64,000 bases of DNA from a virus (taxonomy: Duplodnaviria; Heunggongvirae; Uroviricota; Caudoviricetes): the IMG/VR virus record IMGVR_UViG_3300032318_002198, one strand, 5' to 3'. The position numbers and the translations under genes are program-made. Shown here one piece after another: positions 56,728-63,275 of this stretch (position 1 is its first letter; each line of letters begins with the position of its first letter). Under the pieces are notes generated by a model. That model was not told where the DNA came from. It saw only the letters and a program-made list of their open reading frames with translations, and searched no databases.

Positions 56728-57405
56728 ATGTTGATCAAAGATTTATTAGAAGCATTGATATCACCGGAGATTAAAAAACTTCCCAGATTACCTCAGGAAT
56801 ATGATTTGCCGTCATTAAAAAAATTAAGAGATACAGGATCAAATCGAGAAACAGGTCGATACAGTAAAGGTGATGAGGGCAATGATCCTCATGAATATAA
56901 ATTAGCCAATTGGTTACCGACACGATTAAAACATGATGCCAAATATCATTGGATTAAATCTATCCGTCCATATATGGGAGATAATCCGTATATTCCTATA
57001 TATTATAATATACACTATGAAAAAGATAAAGACGGTAAGACTAGAATGAAATATAACATGGAAAAGTTAGTTAGTCTTTTTAGGTTAAGTCAAGATGAGA
57101 GACAAGCACTTGCTGCAAAGACTTTTAATAATGACGAATTTTATAATATGCCCGATATAGGACCTAAACAATTTGCTAACATTTTATCAGATGTAGTATA
57201 CGATATACATTTAGGCAGGTCACCTCGATACGAAATTGATTCGGATCTCAAACAAGCATTGGTATTAATAAACAATCTTTTAGAGAGAGGTTTTACAGAT
57301 GATTTACATGGTGCAAATATTATGGTACGGAATACCAGCATGGGTTATCATTTAGTTATAACAGATCCTGTGCAAGATGATGGAGATAGTATAATAGAAA
57401 AATGA
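56728..57405 (+). CDS. atypical protein-kinase-like protein
   Basis: MEKL hinge, DDLHGANIMVR catalytic loop, LVITDP. Confidence 0.65.
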   Translation: MLIKDLLEALISPEIKKLPRLPQEYDLPSLKKLRDTGSNRETGRYSKGDEGNDPHEYKLANWLPTRLKHDAKYHWIKSIRPYMGDNPYIPIYYNIHYEKDKDGKTRMKYNMEKLVSLFRLSQDERQALAAKTFNNDEFYNMPDIGPKQFANILSDVVYDIHLGRSPRYEIDSDLKQALVLINNLLERGFTDDLHGANIMVRNTSMGYHLVITDPVQDDGDSIIEK

Positions 57406-57816
57406 AAAACTTATACTCATTACATTCAAATCCAGAGCAATTGTTTGGATATGATCAAGCAAATTATCGTGTACCTGAAATGGCATATCAATTGGCTAAA
57501 GAAAAACCTGAATTAAGAAAACAGTTAGAACCGGTTATAATGAAAGATCCTGAATGGGCATATCGTTATGCTAGAAATATTCTCAAAAGGCCCTGGTGCT
57601 GGGCCTGATCGCCCTGTCGCTCACCTTCCTGGGCGGCTACGGCGGCATGGTCTCGCTGGCGCAGATGTCGGTGGCCGGCATGGCCGGCTACGGCGTGGCC
57701 ATCTTCGGCGCCAGCAGCACGCCTATCAGCCTGGGCTGGCCTTGGTGGCTGGCGGTCCTCTTCGGTGGAACCTGTATCAAGAATTTGAACATAGTTATCG
57801 GGGCCGGATCACATGA
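57402..57816 (+). pseudogene. 23-aa repeat protein interrupted by foreign DNA
   Basis: Family N-terminus and C-terminus (WNLYQEFEH, compare WWGFYQEFKH) now in different frames. Confidence 0.75.
57590..57768 (+). other. ~180-bp GC-rich bacterial fragment (branched-chain amino-acid ABC permease, LivM-like)
   Basis: Abrupt GC rise; translates ALVLGLIALSLTFLGGYGGMVSLAQMSVAGMAGYGVA, like LivM ...L.GY.G.VSLG...F.G.GAY. Confidence 0.8.
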
Positions 57817-59207
57817 GAGCTAGAGAATTTTTACTTGAATATAGGAGAGATATAACCGCCAATAATTTCGGTGATGCTCTATTCAAAACCCTAGATAAAA
57901 CTCCGAACCATGCAGTACCGGATGAATTATATTCATTTGGCGTAATTTCCGACATGGCCCTTCGATTTACGAATTACGAACATGATATTAAAAAGGCAGT
58001 CGTCTATTTTTCGTTTGGCAAATGGTATACTATAACCACCGCTGAATCAGCAATGGCGGCATTACAAGAACTAAAACCAAAAGCAATTGATGCTATACTT
58101 TCAATAATCGAAGAAGCAGATCCTACACCGAATAAAATGTACACACAATGGCTTATAAGAATGTGGATAAATGGCAACGGTGATACTTTATTAGAAGACT
58201 TAAATCGCAACCAGATTCTTACTGCATATCATAGAGCCAAATCAAAAAATTTAATTAAGCCAGAAGATAAAGATATTAATAAATTCAAAAATTATCGTGA
58301 CTTTGAAAAAACCATCAGAAGTAAGTATGATATAAACGTCTTATTGGGATTGGAAGCATCAGCATTTGAAAAAGGTAATTATAAGGTTTTATTGGATAAT
58401 GATGATGTAATTGTTGTTCAATTATTGGATTTAAAAGCCAGTGAATATTGGGGTGAAAAATATAATCCCAATAAAGAACGTAGAGCCGAATGGTGTACAT
58501 TACAACCTGATAACTTTAACTACTATACAAACCGAGGTCCACTATATGTAATTAAACCAAAAAAAGAATTGTTCCCTGGCGAAAAATATCAATTCCATCT
58601 TCCATCTGGTCAGTTTATGGACATCTATGACCACCCGGCTAACTTTTACTATATAGTAAATCACAAATATCCAGAACTAAAGGATCTATTTATTAAGCTC
58701 GAACCGGGTTTAACAAATACCATAATGTTTGCAGACGATAATTTAGTGATAGGTATTTGGAAAGGTATAATGGAAATAGCATATGATCAAGCAATTGAGG
58801 ATATCGAACGATTTGAGACTATGGAAAATGAGCGTTGGTACCCACATAAGAATTATAATGAATCAAAAAAAACATTTTTACAAGACATAAAAGAAATAAG
58901 TAATGCAAGTGCTGAATATATAAAAAAACTAACTCTAGAGTATGTTGATCGGTTAAACGAAGAAATGAATGACATAGGGAATTTTTTCGAACAAACAAAC
59001 TTAACTCATTTAGTCAACATTTTGGCAATGACTGTTAAATACGATACGACGCTACTCACCATAGAAGAATTTACTCCATTTGAAGAACTACCTGACTATA
59101 TACAATCTAGCATATTAATAACCAAAGGTCTCCCGCCATCACGAAATAAAAGAATAATTAAAGTCGGTTCGTGGAGAGTAGTAGATGTCGGTAGCCAGAA
59201 CTCATAA
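57813..59207 (+). CDS. hypothetical late protein, MRxREF family, PcfJ-like motif
   Basis: MRAREFLLEY; EWCTL...YYTNRGPLY; paralogue of 14740. Confidence 0.65.
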   Translation: MRAREFLLEYRRDITANNFGDALFKTLDKTPNHAVPDELYSFGVISDMALRFTNYEHDIKKAVVYFSFGKWYTITTAESAMAALQELKPKAIDAILSIIEEADPTPNKMYTQWLIRMWINGNGDTLLEDLNRNQILTAYHRAKSKNLIKPEDKDINKFKNYRDFEKTIRSKYDINVLLGLEASAFEKGNYKVLLDNDDVIVVQLLDLKASEYWGEKYNPNKERRAEWCTLQPDNFNYYTNRGPLYVIKPKKELFPGEKYQFHLPSGQFMDIYDHPANFYYIVNHKYPELKDLFIKLEPGLTNTIMFADDNLVIGIWKGIMEIAYDQAIEDIERFETMENERWYPHKNYNESKKTFLQDIKEISNASAEYIKKLTLEYVDRLNEEMNDIGNFFEQTNLTHLVNILAMTVKYDTTLLTIEEFTPFEELPDYIQSSILITKGLPPSRNKRIIKVGSWRVVDVGSQNS

Positions 59208-59209
59208 AA

Positions 59210-59824
59210 TTAAGGTATTATTTCCCAATTAACACTAGGGTCTAAAGTTTCGCCTTTTTGAGGATATACTTCTAATAGATACATATGTAGTTTTTCAAAA
59301 AAATCTTTATATGGTGGTATAAAATGATTTCTTTGAATTTCTATACTTACATATCCCGGTTGACCGTTGTGCTCTGTAGCAGAGACCAATTGATCTACTA
59401 ACGACTGAAATTCGGTCTCGTTAAAAATTAACGATAATTGTTTCGTTTGTTTAAATATTGTTTTAGCATGTTCTGGAGTAATTTGATCACTCTTCCCCCA
59501 ATATGCTAGTATAGAATTTTTTTGAGGTAAAAACCTTAGATAAAAACCGCCTTCCCAATCAGTATCGATAGTATCATCAACTCGATAACGATCGAGTTCG
59601 GGAGAGGAAAATACATTCGAAGATGGTTTTGAATTATTCGGTTTAGGTGAAGTAATGGCATGAGGTAATGCTTTGCTCAATTTACGATTTGCTATATCTT
59701 TGATACGTTTATCATCTGCTGCTTTTGCAGCCTGTTGTTGAGCTAATTTTTCTCTACGTTCAGCTTCACGACGACGATCACGCTCGCCTTTGCTGATTTC
59801 ATTGATAATTTCTTTTATGTACAT
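59210..59824 (-). CDS. hypothetical late protein, MxIxEI family
   Basis: MYIKEIINE; TAAATA upstream on minus strand. Confidence 0.65.
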   Translation of the reverse strand: MYIKEIINEISKGERDRRREAERREKLAQQQAAKAADDKRIKDIANRKLSKALPHAITSPKPNNSKPSSNVFSSPELDRYRVDDTIDTDWEGGFYLRFLPQKNSILAYWGKSDQITPEHAKTIFKQTKQLSLIFNETEFQSLVDQLVSATEHNGQPGYVSIEIQRNHFIPPYKDFFEKLHMYLLEVYPQKGETLDPSVNWEIIP

Positions 59825-60123
59825 AATAATATATTTATGCCTGACATAATAACAAATACATGTTACACTACTTACATAAATTAAGTTGTTCTTTAAGTAT
59901 TAAGTTTGTAGATAAGAAATGACTTGGTCCACAAACTTAATAAATAAAAACTGTTGACAGCAGAAAATAATTTTGCTACAATATGTACATGTTAAGAAAT
60001 TAACAAAACAGAAAAGTTGTTCGCTGTAAAGAAAACACTTCTGCTAGTTCTGAAAATACACGGTGATGATTATAATCCGTGAGCATGGACCAGTCAATCA
60101 ACGTTCTTTAAAATTGATATAAC

Positions 60124-60216
60124 AATGTTCTTAACATTGTTGAATACATTAAAACAAACCTGATCAGTTTGTCGTAAATATTTTGACATTTATAGTGTAT
60201 TCAACAATGTTAAGAA
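60124..60216 (+). ncRNA. stem-closed RNA related to CACATT family
   Basis: TTCTTAACATTGTTGAATACA/TGTATTCAACAATGTTAAGAA 21-bp stem. Confidence 0.5.
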
Positions 60217-60304
60217 TTCAAGGGGTGCTTAAACTCCTGTAACGTATGGTTCGCCCAGCGTTACAAAGAATAACTGTGGTGACACAGCCAAAGCAGTAGT
60301 CCTC

Positions 60305-60410
60305 CACTATACTAAAGCACAAAAACAGTTCTTCTCTATATAAGTCCTTGTTGCATTAGAGTATTGAGTAATACTACAGAAATTCTGTTGTAGTGTGGTT
60401 TAGTATAGTG
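60305..60410 (+). ncRNA. CACATT/AGTGTG stem RNA family, copy 7
   Basis: CACTATACTAAAGCACA...AGTGTGGTTTAGTATAGTG. Confidence 0.55.
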
Positions 60411-60545
60411 AAAATCGAGTGAGGCGATCACATAGAGCAACGATGCATAAGAGATTAAGGTTACGTGATCATACCGTTCTTTCTGGTACGTGCATCTGCC
60501 GTCTGGGACAAACTCGACCCAGTGTTAGTTACGATAACATCAACG

Positions 60546-60618
60546 CTATACTAAAGCACATTGACAGCGCGGTCGTATTCAGTTACGGTGCCAAGCGGGA
60601 TAGTGTGTTTTATTATAG
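60546..60618 (+). ncRNA. CACATT/AGTGTG stem RNA family, copy 8
   Basis: CTATACTAAAGCACATT...AGTGTGTTTTATTATAG. Confidence 0.6.
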
Positions 60619-60722
60619 TGAAAACTATTGACGTTGGAAAGACAACTATGGCTCATGATTTATTCTGTCAACGATACAAGGGCTGGGCTGTTCCTTGTAT
60701 GTCGGACGATACGTAACCGACA

Positions 60723-60795
60723 CCATATCGAAGCGCATTTGGATTGAAGAGATTTTGCGGTTTCCTTGGTTGCTAACAAGTGTGTTTCAATATGG
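60723..60795 (+). ncRNA. CACATT/AGTGTG stem RNA family, copy 9
   Basis: CCATATCGAAGCGCATT...AGTGTGTTTCAATATGG. Confidence 0.6.
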
Positions 60796-60812
60796 TAAAG
60801 AATTTGAAAAGT

Positions 60813-60886
60813 GATGCCATAGCCGAGTGGTTAGGCGGAAGTCTGCAAAACTTTATAGGATGGTTCGATTCCATCTGGCATCTCCA
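60813..60886 (+). tRNA. tRNA-Cys(GCA)
   Basis: GAAGT-CTGCAAA-ACTTT, TCCA. Confidence 0.92.
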
Positions 60887-60889
60887 AGT

Positions 60890-61086
60890 TTTGTTAAGTG
60901 TGTCTCAGATAGGAGGACGCTGTAGGCATACAGTGTAAGATGATAACGGTTCGAGTCCGACAGTACGGCAACTATCATCCAATTGTCATTGTGACGTACC
61001 CTAAGAGTAGCAATACTCATAACCGCACCCGGGATAATTTGCGGAGAATGTAGCCTATGTATGTGGTGGCTTAACACTTAACAAAT
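60890..61086 (+). ncRNA. unidentified ~195-nt structured RNA containing a T-loop motif
   Basis: TTTGTTAAGTGT/ACACTTAACAAA closing stem; GGTTCGAGTCC; GAGTA-GCAA-TACTC. Confidence 0.5.
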
Positions 61087-61106
61087 TTATATTAAGGTGA
61101 AATGAA

Positions 61107-61451
61107 ATGAATTTTAACATTGATCCAAAGTTTTTAACATCGATAACTATCTACAAAGAATATAATAAATTGGAGGATCCAAAAAATCCTACCAAAAATG
61201 ATCTTATTCTTATGATGAAGAATCAACATTATTGGTCAACGTTCTATTCTGAAGATACTCCAGAATTTTCAAAATTAAGATCTGAACTAAAAGAGTTGGG
61301 GTTTATTAAAGTTGAAAATCGTTGGTGGAATGGAGATCAAGTGTTGAAAACATTTTATCTCAATGGTGCTAGGTTTGATAAGGAAGAACAATTTCCATGC
61401 GCGTCAGCAATGAAATATACAATCGAAAGTAAATTCAAGTTCTATAAATAA
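61107..61451 (+). CDS. hypothetical protein
   Basis: ORF with AAGG RBS. Confidence 0.6.
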   Translation: MNFNIDPKFLTSITIYKEYNKLEDPKNPTKNDLILMMKNQHYWSTFYSEDTPEFSKLRSELKELGFIKVENRWWNGDQVLKTFYLNGARFDKEEQFPCASAMKYTIESKFKFYK

Positions 61452-61510
61452 TGAAGCAGGCAGCCGGCTGGTAGTCGGACGAGGAAAATAATTCATAACT
61501 AATATTATGC

Positions 61511-61598
61511 AGCGGAATAGTTTAATCGGCAAAACACGGGGCTCATAACCCCGGGACATCTAATGCAAGTCCTGGTTCGACTCCAGGTTCCGCAACCA
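61511..61598 (+). tRNA. initiator tRNA-fMet(CAT) with enlarged variable region
   Basis: 1:72 mismatch, CGGGG-CTCATAA-CCCCG (3 G:C pairs). Confidence 0.85.
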
Positions 61599-61615
61599 AA
61601 TAAAGAAAGCTATAT

Positions 61616-61828
61616 ATGAAAATTCTCGAAAACACTAAAAAGTTAATTTCAGATAATGGTTCTTATAAAGTATATGCTGAATTATGTGAAATGGATAATG
61701 AGTCCAATACAAATTGTCTCAAATTCAAAACAGTATATAGTGATGCAACAGATCCTACATACGAACAAACTAAGTTTGAAATGTTTTTGAACAAAGATCA
61801 GTTGCAAAGACTAAAAGAATTGTTGTAA
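61616..61828 (+). CDS. hypothetical protein
   Basis: ORF track. Confidence 0.55.
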   Translation: MKILENTKKLISDNGSYKVYAELCEMDNESNTNCLKFKTVYSDATDPTYEQTKFEMFLNKDQLQRLKELL

Positions 61829-61855
61829 AATAGTTATACTAACTAAAGAGGATAT

Positions 61856-61987
61856 ATGGCAAAACTAGCAAATGATCGAAAAAAGGTTGTAAAACGTACA
61901 TGTCAAGGTGGTACACAACCAAAAACATCAAGTATGAATAAAACGCAAAAGCGTAGTTTCAAAGCATATCGCGGTCAAGGAAGATAA
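61856..61987 (+). CDS. small basic protein ending YRGQGR
   Basis: GAGGA RBS; MAKLANDRKKVVKRTCQGG...FKAYRGQGR*. Confidence 0.65.
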   Translation: MAKLANDRKKVVKRTCQGGTQPKTSSMNKTQKRSFKAYRGQGR

Positions 61988-61991
61988 TATT

Positions 61992-62210
61992 GTGGCTGTT
62001 AAATCATTAACTAATAATATCGACTATGAAAAATGCGCTGAGAACATTGGCAATAGATTTGAAATGGTTCTAGTTGCTACTCATCGTGCTCGTGAATTGA
62101 AAAAAGGATATGCTAAAAATGTTGGTACACCTAATGGAAATATTGTAACTGCATTACAAGAAATTCAAGAAGGGCATATTGGTAGAGAATACCTGAAGAA
62201 AATCAAATAA
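61992..62210 (+). CDS. rpoZ: RNA polymerase omega subunit
   Basis: IGNRFEMVLVATHRAREL...VTALQEIQEG. Confidence 0.88.
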   Translation: MAVKSLTNNIDYEKCAENIGNRFEMVLVATHRARELKKGYAKNVGTPNGNIVTALQEIQEGHIGREYLKKIK

Positions 62211-62268
62211 ATAAAAACAACAACGTTGTTGACATAGAACAAAAATATCAATATAATAAAAGGAATAT

Positions 62269-62442
62269 ATGATTAAACCAACGAGTAGTTACAAGATGAG
62301 TAAACAGGTTAAGACGATTCTTAATCGATATAGTGATCCGCATCTTCGTGGCGAAATGAAGCGCGGGTGGATTCAAGCAGAGATTGAGGCGGCTATTCGA
62401 CCCAAGGCGGATAAAAAGAATCGTGAACAAGGAGATAATTAA
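62269..62442 (+). CDS. small hypothetical protein (57 aa)
   Basis: TTGACA/TATAAT promoter and AAGGA RBS; MIKPTSSYKMSKQVK... Confidence 0.6.
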   Translation: MIKPTSSYKMSKQVKTILNRYSDPHLRGEMKRGWIQAEIEAAIRPKADKKNREQGDN

Positions 62443-62449
62443 AGAATAA

Positions 62450-62483
62450 GCCCCGTTAGTTCTAGTGGTAAAACATCGGTTTT
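62450..62483 (+). pseudogene. 5' half of tRNA (Thr-like), broken in the anticodon loop
   Basis: GCCCCGT-TA-GTTCTAGTGGTAAAAC-A-TCGGT-TTT. Confidence 0.75.
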
Positions 62484-62590
62484 TAAATTTTTGTATAAAT
62501 AAAATAAAAGATTTAAAAATGGCATGCCGAAAAAAAATTGAATGCGTCTCTTGCAGGAAGCAAATTACAAAAAATAATATCAATAAAGAA
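62484..62590 (+). pseudogene. decayed homing-endonuclease 5' end
   Basis: TATAAATA at 62494; ATG 62524 MPKKIECVSCRKQITKNNINK Zn-finger start. Confidence 0.55.
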
Positions 62591-62596
62591 TATATT

Positions 62597-62670
62597 GCCA
62601 CACTCGTATAATGGTATTACGACTGATTTGTAATCAGTTTACGCGGGTCCGATTCCTGCGTGTGGCACCA
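62597..62670 (+). tRNA. tRNA-Thr(TGT)
   Basis: ACTGA-TTTGTAA-TCAGT, ACCA. Confidence 0.92.
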
Positions 62671-62675
62671 AATTT

Positions 62676-62734
62676 AGGATCCATGCAGCAAATTAAAAAA
62701 TCAAATTGCAACTTTGAAAAAATCGGATCCTGTT
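62676..62734 (+). ncRNA. CAGCAA anticodon-stem-loop RNA (loop TT-GCA-AC)
   Basis: AGGATCC/GGATCCT compensated stem, GCAGCAA, TCAAA/TTTGA hairpin. Confidence 0.65.
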
Positions 62735-62934
62735 ATATACCCCGTGTTATATTTTTCACGTTAGAAAAAGTAGGTTGTGTACAAACCATATTGTACAGAG
62801 TGCGTAGGATCTACTTCAGCAGCCCACTAAACATGGGCATAGCGGAAATATCCTAGGGCAGAACTTAACTGTCCAGATGGAAAAAAGTAGGACGGAACCT
62901 TAAACCCAGTTTAGGGCTTGTGGTAGAGTAGCGA

Positions 62935-62958
62935 GCGGCGTTAGTTCAGTTGGTAGAA
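62935..62958 (+). pseudogene. 5' fragment of split tRNA (Gly-like)
   Basis: GCGGCGT-TAGTTCAGTTGGTAGAA pairs with ACGCTGC at 63078-63084. Confidence 0.75.
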
Positions 62959-62960
62959 GT

Positions 62961-63034
62961 GCATCTGTAGTTTAATGGTAAAATAGCGGATTTCCAATCC
63001 TCGGTCGAGAGTTCGATTCTCTCCAGATGCTCCA
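62961..63034 (+). tRNA. tRNA-Gly(TCC)
   Basis: GGA-TTTCCAA-TCC, TCCA. Confidence 0.92.
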
Positions 63035-63060
63035 ATCAATTCCATTCTTTAATTTTGTCT

Positions 63061-63086
63061 ATCGGTTCGAGCCCGATACGCTGCTC
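63061..63086 (+). pseudogene. 3' fragment of split tRNA (U73, Gly-like)
   Basis: ATCGG-TTCGAGC-CCGAT-ACGCTGC-TC. Confidence 0.75.
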
Positions 63087-63120
63087 GGTGTACTTTTTGT
63101 TCCAAACTTTAATATTTTTA

Positions 63121-63200
63121 GGGCGGTTGGTGCGAGTGGACGATGCCGCTACCCTTACAAGGTAGTATTACCGTAGGTTCGAATCCTACACCGCCCACCA
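63121..63200 (+). tRNA. tRNA-Val(TAC)
   Basis: CTACC-CTTACAA-GGTAG, ACCA. Confidence 0.92.
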
Positions 63201-63275
63201 TTTATAATAAGTGTTTAACAATATTCCAGGATAATTGATTTTTATCAAGAATTAAAATTTTGTATAAATATTTGC

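Noticed and set aside
57596-57823. ORFs 57568-57816 and 57596-57823 as real phage genes
   Set aside because: They are products of the GC-rich foreign fragment fused to the repeat-gene tail.
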